64,000 nt of DNA from Cetorhinus maximus. Its lineage: Eukaryota. Below the pieces are notes generated by a model. That model ran no database searches. It was not told the origin of the DNA and worked only from the letters and a program-made list of their open reading frames with translations. Made by a program: the position numbers and the translations under genes. Positions 10,655 through 24,453 of this stretch are shown piece by piece. The DNA is taken from positions 39,990,001 through 40,054,000 of the forward strand of contig NC_135890.1 in the NCBI RefSeq assembly GCF_964194155.1. The letters run 5' to 3'. Numbering within the stretch: the first letter of the stretch is position 1; the number at the start of each line of letters is the position of its first letter.

Positions 10655-13492
10655 ACATGTTAAAGCTAGGCCTTCACTGGTTCAATTAACCACTACTGAG
10701 TTGACCGTTCTGCTTGGCTGAATTATCCCAGAAGCCGTTACCATTCACGACACATGGGAAAACTTTCAAAAACAGTAATAAATAATAAGACCCACCAGAT
10801 CACCTAATTAAACTGTTGAAATTTTGTCCAAACCTAGCCTTCTGCAAATCGAGTGCTGATTTGGTCAGTGCATAATATCATCAGTACTTTTGTCATCATT
10901 TTAAGCTAATCGGTGTACACAGCTAAAATTATTTTTGTGATCAACATTTAATGAAGTTAGATAATTCTGCTAACATCACTAAATTTACTATAGTATTGGC
11001 CATTAATATTAGAAATGCATGCAAATGTTTTTCCGTATATAGGCCTATGCTTTTATTTGGAGATTAGGTGCTGGAATTTCCAACCATTGCTGATCAAGGT
11101 CTGTGTTGGGAGAGGTGGATCATGGGAGTTGTTGTGTGCTTCTGCCCAGCACACATCAAAACAACCTATATCATGAGAGCCGAGTACAAATTTTCAACAA
11201 GTTGCATTTCTGAACAGGACGAAGAAAATCACATTTTAAAATTTTATATAATTTAGACTTAAAATTTTTGTTTTGTAATTTAACAGTGTTTGCAATTAGT
11301 TTTTTTATGCCCCTGAGGGAAACCAATGTTTGAGCCACCGGTGAAGGGAGATTTATTTGACTCTAGCTGCAATAGGAGCATTAATACCAATCAGGCCCAG
11401 CCCATGGATAGTGACTACTTACTAACATTTTGGAGTTTGACAGTGATGAATTCCTTTTAGTGCTAGACCAATGAAAGCTTCAAGAATTACAAATCCAGTG
11501 TAAGAAGGAAACATTTTCTAATTATGTGCTGGGGAAAGAATGAAGGATTTGGGGAAAAATAGCGAGGAAAAATCAAATGTAGCAATTCCCTTTTGCATTC
11601 CCTGCACCTCTCCCCACAACCCACCATATCCTTTGTCCCACTATTAACGGCGCTGCCTTTAGCTTTCTAGATCCTTAGCACTGCAAATCTGTCTTTAACC
11701 TCTCTGGCTCTCCTCGCAGCTCTCCTTTAAGCTGCCTCTTAAAATCTACCTCTCTGACCAAGCTTCACTTGTCCTAATACCTCCTTGCTGGCACTGTCAA
11801 TTTTTGTCTAATTATTCTCTTATGAACTGCTTTGAGATGTTTTACTATGTTAAAGGTGTTATATAAATGCAAGTTGTTCCATCTTAAGACTTCAAATCCA
11901 GCGTCAGAAGTACAGCAACAAAGAAAGTAACTGTGAAGGAAAGGTTTTAGGGAAGGCAGAGCAAACAATGTTTCTTACTTAACAGGATGTTTAAAATATT
12001 GTAAAATAGCATTACAAAAAAATTTGAGGCCATTGTCAGTACCTGTCAGGAATATTTTTACTGAGTGCTGCAATATTACGAATTTACTATCATTTTAGGC
12101 TGCTGCTGCATTAAAAATCTGAAACCTCCCACTTGTGAGCATTGTTATAGGAGATCAACTGGTTATCTATCATTACACAATGGTGAATTTCTATGCACCA
12201 TGCCATCCAGGAAAAAAATCCATCTTCAACGAGTTACATATCAGCAGATTCAACATTTAACATGTCCGGCGTAATAATCAAAAAAACCAGCAGTGCTAAG
12301 TCACAACGTAAACTTTGGAATTCAAATTTAACTCTTAAATCATGCGAAGATGTTAGTTGCACTTCAGTGCTGTGTTTGTGAAATGCAAGGTAAGTATCAA
12401 AACCCTGTGAGTAATGCAGAAAAAAGGTGCTGATCCTTGCTGTGAGGAAAGGCTGGAAAAACTCTAAACCTTCAACTTAATAAACTTAATAATATCGGAT
12501 TTCAATGACGTACAAAAACTAGGTGGAAAAGCTTTAAGCTGGAACATTATTTCAAGTCAAACCACTACTGTACTACAATGGGAATGAAAATACAAACTGT
12601 AAAAATTCAGGCGTACTGTAACATCAGGAAGCATTTCTTCAGGCAAATGGTGATTGATATTGGAAACATAAATTTCAAAATGTTAATTTGTGTTTTTTAC
12701 ACTGTTGTGTGGGGAGAAAACATGGCACTTGCTGTTTGTCATTTAGTCAAATGATTAATGAAGAAATAAACTTGTAATATCCAATGTTAATTTCAGTACT
12801 AATAAATTGTATATCTTTCATATCTAAAGCTTGTAAGTTAAATGTAAAGAACAGTGTTTTTCACTGGCTACTAGAGTAATAATTCTGTATTTCGTAGTAC
12901 AAGTGAAAGCAATTGAATATGGATTAAGGAAGATGCCCAGTCAAATTGGTGACAATGATGCTCCTGGATTGCCATTTTATTTGAGATGAAAGAATAATGC
13001 TTATTTGCATTGAAGTTTGATTTTTTTTTAAATGTATCTGATCAGTATTGGTTTGATATGGTACTTGTCTTGTGTCTGTCATCTCCTAATATTTGTTCTG
13101 CACAATTTTCCTCACTTCTTGCTCCACTATTTTATGTGGCTGTTGGTTCTCTTATAGATTTTACAGATTAAGCTGTATATATGAAGTATCAAATTGACAT
13201 AGGATTAGTGTAGGATATCAACTGTACAATGAAAAACGATATTTAAAAAAAATCACGACTGCACAAGAACAGGACCGCGTGTACTCTATCAAATGTTCCC
13301 TTGTATTTAGAATTTCATTGATTTAATAATTGTTCATAGGAGTGGTATGGAAGAAATTCATAGGTAAAATACTTAGTCCAAATTAATATTCGTTTACTTG
13401 TTTTTCTTCACATGTCACATGTCACATTTTATATTTGTGACTTAATTTGTTATTTCAGTGAAATATTTACAAGTACACTTAACTTTTTTCAG

Positions 13493-13632
13493 AATGCTAT
13501 ACAGACTTCTTGAAGGAAGAATTTGATGTAAAGACCTATACTGCTCAATCCATTCACCAAGCAGTAATAGTTGAACAATTGGCAAAACTTGCTCAAGGAA
13601 TTAGTCAATTGGATAAAGAACTTCATATACAG
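13493..13632 (+). CDS. COG5: COG5 exon 2
   Basis: (E)[46 protein letters not shown]; TTTTCAG acceptor, CAG|GTAAC donor. Confidence 0.95.
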
Positions 13633-14696
13633 GTAACATAATGGTGTTTTTCTGCTATATGGCTGCTATATCTTAAAGTTTTATGAAGCAAGTGAGGAGC
13701 TTATGAGCTCTCCTAGAAATTCTACTAAAATGGTTGGCTTGGCTGACATTGTGCAGAGCTAACCATGTCTCATCCATGAAAAGTTAAAGCTTTGCATAAC
13801 AATGATAGTTTACCCAACATGCTAAGTATCCCAACAGAGTGGACTATGGGTGTCAGAAAGAAAAAGGCCTCTATCACTGTCTTCCCTGTCATTGCAGTGC
13901 TCTCAGTTTGGGAATTGTATCCATCAAGCTTGCAGGAAGTTACATCATTTTATTGTGCTTGAATAAGAAGGGTTGTGTTTCTGTTTTAGAAGTTTATTTC
14001 TGAAATTCCGGAGGGTGATTTTCTTTGCATAACTTGAGAATGCTTAGGAAAATAATATTTTGAATGGCGACTATTGATGTTGTTGCTCACATGGTTCTTA
14101 GAAAAGGGCCTATTTTATTGGGAAAAACCAACTGATCTATTCCTACTACTTGTTCATTTTTAGAAGGGAAAGTAAATTTCAGAAGTCTGGACTGGATTCC
14201 AGGTACGAAGAAGTAAGGACAGTAATCTAACCAAGTTGTGCACTATGCCCCCTAATAGACATGATTTTGAATCCTTTCTTCAGGGCGTACTTTGGTTCTT
14301 GAGACTAGACAATCTTGAATTTTAATTTATTTGTTTCTTTCCTCTCGCACAAGGAATTTTTAAGTGGAGATTTCTAGTGATGTCCAGAAGTTGTGGATTT
14401 TTATACCAATCAATTTGATTGTTAATGCTTGAGAATGACCACTTTTCAATCTCTGGTGTTCAGTGCCAACACGAAAGATAGTTATATTGGGTTAGACATA
14501 AAGTGAGCGGCCTTTATTATTATCCCAATGATGCACCTTAAAACTCAACCTCATAAAAGGACTGACTTTTGCACCAATTTAATTCTTTGTCCTGAGATGA
14601 CCTTTATGAATTAGATTGCTAAATTAGATTTGGGTTTAACGTAGTATGGAGTACCCATTGCACAAGATACCATGTTAATTAACATATGCTTTTCAG

Positions 14697-14754
14697 GTTG
14701 TTGCAAGACATGAAAATCTTCTTGCTCAAGCTACTGGCATAGAGTCACTAGAAG
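14697..14754 (+). CDS. COG5: COG5 exon 3
   Basis: VVARHENLLAQATGIESLE(G); canonical AG and GTAAGT sites. Confidence 0.95.
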
Positions 14755-14806
14755 GTAAGTGTTAAAATAAAAAGAAAATTTTCAATACAGAGAAATCTGT
14801 ATAACC

Positions 14807-15559
14807 TGTCACCCTCAAAAATTGAACACCTTCACATTCCCAAATAACTCTCAAACTGTATCTTGAAACCTTGGACAAATGCAAATTACAAACTATGGAC
14901 AGCTCTCAACATTCACAACTTAAAACACTAGACACACAAGTAAGTGTGTGGTGACAACAAGTGAAAAATTATTTTGGAGATCTTTTTACCGAATACGCAT
15001 AATGGCAGAGAAACCATTCTGTTGCTGAGATTGAATGCTCACACAGGTTTATCACAGGAATAAAGGGGTTTCCCTTCTGTTGTGGACATCAGGTAAAGAG
15101 ATCGCCATTACACAAAAGCTGGGAGCTGCCAATCTAGTGGACGGCTGATGGTGGTGGGTTGGAAGAAGAACTCTGGAATCGGGGTCCCTGAAATCGCAGG
15201 CGCTTGGAAGTTGTGGAGAGAGGGGAACTGGGGATTTGGTGCTCAAGGAGTGGTGGAGGGGAAGAGAGACTGGGGAATGGGGTTTCAGGAGATGGAGAGA
15301 ATAGTTTCCCATTATCTGCATTCATCACCTCTTTGTGGATTCCTGTTCTCGACCTTCTCATACAAGAAGTGTTGGAGCAGAATAGTTTAAAGATTCTCAA
15401 TTAAAGATGAGTCAATCATTGTAAGATAAATTCATTAATATTTGTAGATGTAATTCGATTTTATGTCACATGGTCAAAATGTCATGTGCCTGAACATCAT
15501 GCAATCAAATCTCCAGGTGTACCTCCAATCAGAGTTGGTAACCATGTTCTGCCATCACA
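14807..15559. mobile_element. Possible solo LTR
   Basis: Starts TGTCAC and ends CATCACA, with composition distinct from the flanks. TSD imperfect (AACC/CACC), so weak. Confidence 0.3.
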
Positions 15560-17419
15560 CCAGAGAGTCCTCTCCCCAGCACTTCCAACATTAGCAGCTT
15601 CAGCACATGGATGGTATGGGGGTCCTGCTCAGGAGTGTGCAGGACCCTAATATGCACCATCTTCTCTCAGCAATTTGGCTGCAATCTGCCTGGTACCTAC
15701 AGCATACGCCTTGACTTGTACAGGTTGCCAACATAGCAGATCTCAGGATCAGAACATCCCTTTCTCAATGGAAAAGAACCCTGAGATGACTAGGAAACCC
15801 AACAAACTAGAAATGAACTGAAATCACAGTGAATAGGACTCCAGAATTAGGCATGATCAATCCCAGGTGAGGGCGTAAAAAGGAACGCTGCAGAATATAC
15901 AGCCAGTCCCAGAACATTTGGATCATCTGGTTTACTAGTCAGATAATTACGGTTTTTCAGATAAAGGACACGTGATGCAAGTGCCACTGGTGTTCCTAAT
16001 TTACAGGTTTCATTGAAATATATTTGATCATGTTAAGTAACAGCGTAAAGATGTAAGTCTGAAATATACTTTCCTTTGCCCTGTCAATTCCATTTAGATA
16101 CACTTAATCTTATGCCCGGTTTAAAGGATTTTATGTTTTATTGATGGGGCTCTGCACTAATCTTCGTAAACACAGGTCATTTGAGAGCAGGAATGCAGTT
16201 GGTTTTGTTTGCCCCTTGTTAAGTTAATTGATGCCATAGTGAATATACTAGTTGATTCAAAAGTGGTCCATGCTCCTTGTTGATCTGTGGTAACCATGTG
16301 GTGATTGCAATGAATGAGTCTCACATTTCACAGATGATGAGGTAATTTCAATTAATTTTTCTTGAGTTGTATTTTTTTAAACTTTTGTATTTGCCACTTA
16401 TTAGCTTGGTAATTGTGAGGGAATCATTCAACATTTTCTCTGAAATGTTTAAGAAAATGGCAGGGAGTGATGCTCTGAATTGCCTTTGGAATGATGTGCT
16501 AAAATGCATAGGATTATACAGGATTACATAGGAAGTACTGCACAGAAACATGTCATTCAGCCCAACCAGTCCATGCTGTGCTCGAGCCTCCTCCCATCTT
16601 TTCTCACCTAAATTTATCATAGTAATCCTCTATGACTTTCTCCCACAAATACTTGTCCCGCTTCCCCTTAAATACATCTGCAGTATCCCTCTGGTAGTGA
16701 AATCCTTAGCCATATCTATTTTGTGATTTAAAAAAAAATCAATTTCTATATTACATAGGAATATTTCAGGGATTCCTCACTAAAGCAAACCTAAACCCAA
16801 TAACTAAGTTTTTTGTTTGTTTCTCTTTTGAAGTTAGTGTTTTTGATTTTCCTAGTCACTGCCCACATATTTAGATCACCCTGCGGTGATTTTCCAAATC
16901 TTTCGAAATTTAAAGATGTAGGAGGACAAAAGTACTGAATGTGGAGTGCCCAGCTCTTGGTGAATTTTGATTGGAGAATAGAATGTGTTTCCACTTTTGC
17001 CTTTGTCCCAGGGTTACACACACTCAAATGATGTACAGTATAGACAAATGTGGAGTAAATCTCCTAATCAGTAACAGATGCATCCTGGAAGACTGAGTGA
17101 AGTTAACAGTATGCTGTTGCGGTAAAGTCCATAAATTCTTTTGTAAGGAAATTAGTTTCTTGAGAAAATAATTATTATTGGGTATAATGAGAATGTGGAA
17201 TTAGATTAGATGCCAAATGCAGGAAAAAAAGTAACAAACATGGATTGAATGACCTGATTCAGCAATATTAATTATCTGTACATTAAATAACCACTGCACC
17301 ATTTTTGTAGAATGCTAATAATTTTGTTTTATACAAAATGCCAGAAACTTGGATACTACAAAGTTTTTTGCCCGTGTAATAACTGGGATGAATTCATTCT
17401 GACCTGTTTTCCAGCTGAA

Positions 17420-18110
17420 TTAAAGGGATGAGGTCATCCATTTTGGATCTAAGGAAGACAAATCAGAATATTTTCTTAATGGCCAAAGATTAGATGTTGT
17501 GAAGGTACAAAGGGATTGAGGTGTTCACGTACACATCCCTGAAAGCTAATGCACAAGTACCAAAAATATCAATAGTGCTAATGGAATATTGGCCTTTATC
17601 TCGAGGGTCGGAATACAAAAGGCGCGCAAGCAATGTTTGAGTTATACACAGCTTTAGTCAGATGACATTCGGGAAAACTTTTCAGTTTTGGGCATTGAAT
17701 CTCAGGCATGATGTGTGTATCACAATGATGCCAGGTTTAAAGGGTTATGTTATGAGGATGTTACCTAAAGTTGTTTTGTATTCCTTTCAGTTTAGAAGGT
17801 TAAGAGGTGAGCAAAGTATGTTATTTTAAAAAATAAAGGAATTCTGCAGGGTAGATGCAGAGAAACTACTTCCTTTGGTGAGGGAATCCAAACCAAGGGG
17901 CATACAGCTAGATTGTTAGGAAATAAATTGGTAAGAACTACAAAGGGTAGTTGTAATTTGGAATTGCCTCCCCCATGAAGCTTTGGATGCTGGATCAATT
18001 GAAGTTTTTGTTAGATAAAGGTATCAATGGATAATGGAGTAAAGGCGAGTAAAAGGAGTTGAGGTACAGATCAACCATGATCTAATTGAACAATTAAATT
18101 GTCTTGAAAA
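17420..18110 (+). mobile_element. Old CR1 LINE 3' fragment
   Basis: GAGGTCATCCATTTTGG through GGAGTTGAGGTACAGATCAACCATGATCTAATTGAA matches the other CR1 tails in the window. Confidence 0.7.
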
Positions 18111-18236
18111 GTTGAATTACTTATTTTTGTTCCTGTAAATAATGGGATTTAAAGCAAAATGTCCTGTGAATAAATGAAAATGTTTATGTCTGTTTATATC
18201 CTTTTTCAAAAATAAGTTGACTGTAATGTATTTTAG

Positions 18237-18291
18237 GTGTTCTTCAGATGATGCAGACCCGGATTGCTGCTTTGCAGTGCACTGTTGACAG
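18237..18291 (+). CDS. COG5: COG5 exon 4
   Basis: (G)VLQMMQTRIAALQCTVD(R); TTTTAG acceptor, AG|GTATAG donor. Confidence 0.95.
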
Positions 18292-18946
18292 GTATAGTGC
18301 AAGCTCAACATTTTGACTAAAATAAACTACCGGAAGTCAAATTGTCTCTGAAATAATGGTACCAGAAATCTCATTGGATCTGATTCACTGAACAGTTGTC
18401 CAACATGATGACCACATACCATTAGGGGGTTGTAATAGAAACTAATAAAAGACCCAAGCTATATAGTGTTATATGACCAAAATAGCAAGAGTTCTGAAAA
18501 ATTATGCGAACTTTGTATATAGAATAAACACAGTACCTGAGTATATTCTTGTCAGCCAAGGGCATCAAGAAACACAGAGCAATGGCAGATAAATGGAGTT
18601 GAGATACAGATGTAATTGATTAAAATACTGGTCATTGAAAAGAAGCCCTGAATGTTAAGAATTCTTAGAGGATCTCAAAAGATTAACTTGAAGACTTGCT
18701 ACCCAATGTCCCATGTTGCTTTGGTTACTGAGAGCAATATGGTTCATATAGTGATGCTTGTTGGTTGGTTGGTGTTGGTGATGCTAGGTGTGCAGAGCAT
18801 ATAATACGCATTAATCTTATTTTGTCACTATGTTAAAGCTTGCCAACAATGGAATGGTATGCTACTGGGGATCCAATGGTTAAATTCTGAGGAGAGATTA
18901 CATAAATTGGGCTTGCATTCCCTGGAATGTAGAAGGTTGTAATAGA

Positions 18947-19285
18947 GGGGAGGCAGTGGCATAGTGGTATTGTCACTGGACTAGTATTCCAGAGACCCAG
19001 GGTAACACTTTGGGGTCCCACATTCGAATCCCACCATGGCAGATGGTGAAATTTCAATTCAGTAAAAGTCTGATGATGATCACAAAACCATTGCTGATTG
19101 TCATTAAAAACCCATCTAGTTCACTAATGTCCTTTTTAAAGAAGGAAATCTGCCATCCTTACCTGGTCTGGCCTACATGTGACTCCAAACCCACAGCAAT
19201 GCGGTTGACGCTTAAATGCCCACTGAACAATAAATGCTGGCCTAGCCAGTGTCGCCTACATCCCATGAATGAATAATAAAAAAAA
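18947..19285 (+). mobile_element. tRNA-headed SINE (second family) with LINE-derived 3' tail
   Basis: A-box TGGCATAGTGG, B-box-like ATTCGAATCCC, tail CAATAAATGCTGGCC...CCCATGAATGAATAATAAAAAA. A second copy lies at about 31000-31410 on the minus strand. Confidence 0.8.
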
Positions 19286-19738
19286 GATTACAGGATGATT
19301 TATTTAAGATTTTCAGAAGCACCTAAAATTTTAAAAGTGCAGGCTAACCCAGGTTTGCACTGATTTCATACTTGCTGTTTGAAGTAGCAAACCTTTGGGA
19401 CTAACATTGGTTGGCCCATCACAACTTTCAAATTTGTGCACTACCGTATGTTTACTGCAGAAGTTGTGGGTCCTCTCCAATATCCAGCTGCAGCGAATGT
19501 CAAGTGTGTTGCCGTTAATGACACCGCAAAATCCGGCCCAATGAATGGTGGAATAGGTTTGAAGGTCCCAATGGCCTGCTCCTACTCTTTAGAATCAATT
19601 GTTTTTTCAAATGCCTGGCGTGTAAGCTCTTAGAATATAACAACCTCATAATGTATAATTCTCAGTTCTGCATAAAGCTTCCTTTGAGCTTGATCATTTG
19701 CTTGTTTAGTATTTCTTTTTTTTTCTCTTTTTCAACAG

Positions 19739-19808
19739 GATCAGAGGAAAAATTGTTGACCCATATAACAAGATTGTTGCTCGCACTGCACAGTTGGCCA
19801 GATTACAG
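19739..19808 (+). CDS. COG5: COG5 exon 5
   Basis: (R)[23 protein letters not shown]; long polypyrimidine tract plus CAG, GT donor. Confidence 0.95.
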
Positions 19809-20481
19809 GTATACCATATTAGTATACACCTGCACATAAGAGATGTACATTGATCATAAACCTTAGGGGCTTTTAGATTTCCCCTCCCTCCCAGTTAACA
19901 AAATTCCGACGACAATCCGTTAGTTACAAAGCTGCAAGTTTCAGGGCATATCCTCAGAATGGATAAGAAACTGGTTGAATGAGAACCCTGAGTCATGTTG
20001 GGTGGGTGGAAATACTGAGTGGGCTCTGTGTTTGGCTCACTATTGTTTGCAGCTTGCATTCAAGAACAGCAACTTATGTTTATATAATGCCTTTAATATA
20101 ATAAACTGAGCGTAAATGACCTGGATTCTGAAACTCAACAGAAAGGGCTAATTTTGCTCATTTTACTATATTAGGAAAGAGAGTGGAAATGGAGGAGGTG
20201 GTGAAAAAAAAAACTGAATAAGTTGGGTAAAATATGTGTGGCCAGTACAATGGCAGAAGAAACAAACATACTGTATGAGTGGCCTTGAAATACGTAAACA
20301 TGAAACTGAAAAAGACCTTGCTAGACTCTCTGATAAAGCTATACAACTAAATTTCTCAAAAGGAGAAATGAATGCCACTTTCAGTATAAATAACATTCAG
20401 ATGATCGTATATTGATCATGGTGGTGCAGTTGAGTTGCAGGTTATAGAGTACATGATACCAAGAAGTGGAAGGTCACATAT

Positions 20482-21390
20482 AAGCAGAAAATGCTAGAAA
20501 TACTCAGCTGGTCAGGCATCATCTGTGGAGAGCGAAACAGAGTTAATGTTTCAGGCTAATAATCTTCCATCAGAACTGGGAAAAGTTAGAACTGTCTTAA
20601 GTTGGTGAAAGGGATGAGGGTGGGAAAAAAACAAAAGGGAAAGTCCCTGATAGGAAAGAAGACAAGAGACATTAAATGACAAAAGAGTTAGTGAAGCAGA
20701 GTCAAAGGGAGTGGTAATCCGACATAAAAAAACAAAAGATGTGTGTAGAGGAGGTGTGAATGTCAGAATAACGAACAGATGCCGTTCAAAAGCCAAACAA
20801 CAAGAGTAAGACCAAAACATACAAAGAAAAGGAAACCAATGGGGGCAGAGGTTAGAATCTGAAATCGTTGAATTTAGTACTGAGTCTGGAAGGCTGTAAA
20901 GTACTTAATCAAACGATGAGATGCTATTCCTTGAGCTTGTATTGAGCTTCATTGAATCAGTAGGCCGAGAACAGAGGGGTTAGCATGAGATCAAAGTAGA
21001 CAATTAAAATGCGAGGCTGTTGGAAACTTGGGATTGTCTGTGGACTGAACGGAGGTGTTGTGCAAAGCAGTCACCCAATTTGTTTGGTCTCTCCAACAAG
21101 AAGACCGTGTTGTGAGCAGCAAATACAGTATGCTAAATTGAAAGAAGTCCATGTAAATCTTGATATGTTTAACCTGGAAGTATGTTTGGGCAATTGTGGA
21201 GTGGACCAAGGTATCATGGGGAATAGTCACTTCAGAATGCTAAAAGGAGAGTGGAGGGGAAGATATGTTTGGTGATGGCATCACACTGGAGGTGGCAGAA
21301 ATGGCAGAGGATGATCCATTGAATGTGGAAGTTGGTGGGTTGAAAACTGAGGACAATTGGAATCCTGTCGTGCTTTTGGGAAAGAGAGGG
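20482..21390 (-). mobile_element. Penelope-like element remnant (GIY-YIG endonuclease region and terminal repeat)
   Basis: Minus strand carries a decayed YC.CS..GLL..GETK...GD.FA.HLRSV pattern. The terminus contains CCAGTT-CTGATGG...GAAAC-ATT-AACTCTG. Confidence 0.8.
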
Positions 21391-22800
21391 AGGGCTTACC
21401 TTTTTGGGCTCTAATTAACTCTCCTCCAGTGCTGTAACCACTCTATTATTCTATAATAGGGCTACTTCTAAACAAATAATAGACTAAATTGATAATGCAT
21501 TTTCCATTATAACGACCTTGTAGATAAGAAGTCTTTTTGCAGATTTACTATAATTTAAGTAAAGATTATTTATAATGCAATATGGAGCAACCCACATACC
21601 CCTACAAAGCATTATTGTTTGGATCTTATTGCCAAAGACGGAGTAAAGTTTGGGAGGTGCATGCTGGATGCGGGCATTTCTGTTGAGTCCAAAGAATCTG
21701 AACTGACAGTTCCACCCAAGTGTTTCTTGCACTGCAGAGAAAGGGAAGGGTTATAAGAGCGATTTAATCAGCATCAAAACTTTTTAAAGTGGCATAGTCT
21801 CTGTGACTTTTCTTCAGTTTCCTTTTGGCTGCACTCATTCCAGTGATGTGATCATTTGTGCTCCTGGAAGCTCATAAAAATTGAGCTTTAATAAAGTTGA
21901 TAAAATTACAAAAATGCTGACAACTCAAAATAAGCAACCTACAACTTAAAATCAGACTCGAATATAGGTCATTGACCAATATGTTCAATTACTTTTTGAC
22001 TCACAGGTTCAAACATGTTATACCTTAAACTGCAGGTATATTCAATATTCCCACGAAAGTGCAGTTTTATGCAGTCTTGCATTTAGAAATTTCTAAAGAA
22101 CAACGTGATCATGGATGGTGTTATTTACTTTCAACATTTTTGGTGCATTTTCCATCACTTTGGAATATACTGCAGTTCTGCATTTTGAAGTCAGAAATGA
22201 TGGTAATTGAAGTGTGCTAGATTGCAGATAAGTCCACCAACAACTCAATATTATTTGTGAAAAGAAACAAAGCAGTTTTTCAGGAATGTTTAGAACTGAT
22301 ATTCTAAGGCTATCCTTATGATGCCATCCAGCAATTCTTTGGTGAAGACATCAAATGTCAGCTGAGAACTTTCCTCACCCCTCTTTCAAGAGACAGCTCA
22401 GTGAGTCATATGCCCCTGGATGGAGTTGGAGCACACAGCTCCGATATGTGCAAAATTTTGCTATGTGCACTTGTAGTTTCCTGATTATGAAATTATGGAA
22501 TACATTGTCAAAATTCTTTTGTGAAAGCAATATGTGCATTTTTATTTTTTGCACCCTAAAACATTCTACAATCTTAAACTCACAGCTTTTCTTATGTGTT
22601 CCTTCTGAGAGCAAAATCCAGCCTGTTCATTTTTGATTACTCTGCACCCTTCCAAAGCACTCAATTTGCGTACCACAACAATATTCAGATGCATGAATTT
22701 CAGCAAGGTTTTTTAGTTGCTGGCAGGCCAGTATTTGTTGTCCATCCTTAATTGCCCTTGAGAAGGTGCTGGTGGTGGTGAACAATCTTCTTGAACAGCT

Positions 22801-24453
22801 CCCCGAGCCTGCCCCGCCATTCATTACGATCATGGCTGATCTCATTTCAGCCTCAACTCCAATGTCCCGCCCTCTCCCCGTAACCTTTCAACCCGTTACT
22901 AATTAAAAATCTGTCTATCTCCTCCTTAAATTTATTCAGCATCCCGGCATCCACTGCACTCTGAGGTAGTGAATTCCACAGATTCACGACCCTTTGAGAA
23001 AAGTAATTCCTCCTCATCTCTGATTTAAATCTACCACCCCTTAGCCTAAAACTATGACCTCTCATTCTAGAATGCCCCACAAGGGGAAACATCCACTCCA
23101 TGTCTACTTTGTCTGTCCCCTTTAGCATCTCATATACCTCAATTAGATCTCCTCTCATCCTTCTAAACTCTAGCGAGTATAGGCCTAAACTGCTCAATCT
23201 CTCCTCATAAGACAAGCCCCGCATCTCTGGAATCAATCTAGTGAACGTTTTCTGAACCGCCTCCAGTGCAATTACATCCTTTCTCAAGTAAGGGGACCAA
23301 AACTGTGCACGGTACTCCAGGTGCGGTCTCACCAATGTCTTGTACAGTTGTAACACCACGTCCCTATTTTTATACTCTCTTCCTTTAGCAGTAAATGCCA
23401 AAATTCCATTTGCCTTCCTTATTACCTGCTGTACCTGCATACTTGCTTTCAGCGATTCATGCATGAGGACACCCAGATCCCTCTGCACTGAAGCATTCTG
23501 AAGTTTCCATTTAAATAATAAGTCGCCTTTTTATTCTTCCGACCCAAATGGATAACCTCACACTTACCCACGTTAAACTCCATCTGCCAAATTTTGACCC
23601 ATTCACCTAACCTGTCTATGTCCATTTGTAAATTTCTTATTTCTTCATTGCAACTTACTTTCCCCCTATTTTAGTGTCATCTGCAAATTTAGCTGTAGTA
23701 TCTTCTATCCCTGAATCCGAGTCATTAATATAGATTTTAGATAGTTGGGGCCCAAGGGCCGAACCCTGTGGCACCCCACTAGTTACAGCTTGCCATCCAG
23801 AAAAAGACCAATTTATCCCGACTCTCTGCTTTCTGTTGGTTAACCAATCCTCTATCCAAGCTAATATATTACCCCTAACTCCGTGTGATATTATCTTGTG
23901 CAATAATCTTTTGTGCGGCACCTTATCAAAGGCTTCTGGAAGTCCAGATGTACTACATCTACAGGATCCCCATTATCCACCTTGCTTGTCACATTTTCAA
24001 AGAACTCTAGCAAATTAGTCAAACACGAGTTACTCTTCATAAAACCGTGCTGACTCTGATGGATTGCATTTTGACTTTCCAAATGCCCCATTACTACTTT
24101 CTTAATAATGGATTCCAACAATTTTCCAACAACAGACGTTAAACTAACTGGTCTATAGTTTCCTACTTTCTGCCCCCCCCACCCCCCCTCCAAACCCCCT
24201 CTTTTTGAATAAGGGCGTTATATTACCATTTTTCCAATTCACTGGAACCTTTCCAGAATCTAGGGAATTTTGGAATATTATCCACTATTTCCGCTGCCAC
24301 TTCCTTTAACATCCTGGGGTGTAGGCCATCAGGTCCTGGGGACTTGTCACCCTTTAATCCCAATAGTTTGCTCAGTACTTTTTTTCTAGTGATGGTGATT
24401 GTTCTAAGTTCCTCCTTCTCTATATCCTCTGTTCTACCTGTTACTATTGGGGT
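22801..24453 (-). mobile_element. Relatively young CR1 LINE 3' half, nested inside another LINE
   Basis: ORFs YRPVSLTSVVGKLLE, SGVPQGSALGP, KFADDTK and a 211 aa C-terminus containing LVRPHLEY. Host LINE sequence resumes on both sides. Confidence 0.92.

Noticed and set aside
10539-10721. Short ORFs sharing QNKNRITWKNSASLAASAEKKSVNVSSPHG (also 55264-55467) as a peptide family
   Set aside because: They are antisense readings of the young Penelope terminal repeat, with start codons supplied by unrelated flanks.
11120-11135. TGGGAGTTGTTGT, close to the ZNF143-associated ACTACAAYTCCC motif
   Set aside because: One mismatch in the core, about 1 kb from the promoter, and possibly an old repeat remnant; not supportable.
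18947-19040. Possible tRNA genes (also near 3250, 27700 and 36570-36650)
   Set aside because: A and B boxes belong to SINE heads; no intact cloverleaf and each continues into a repeat body.
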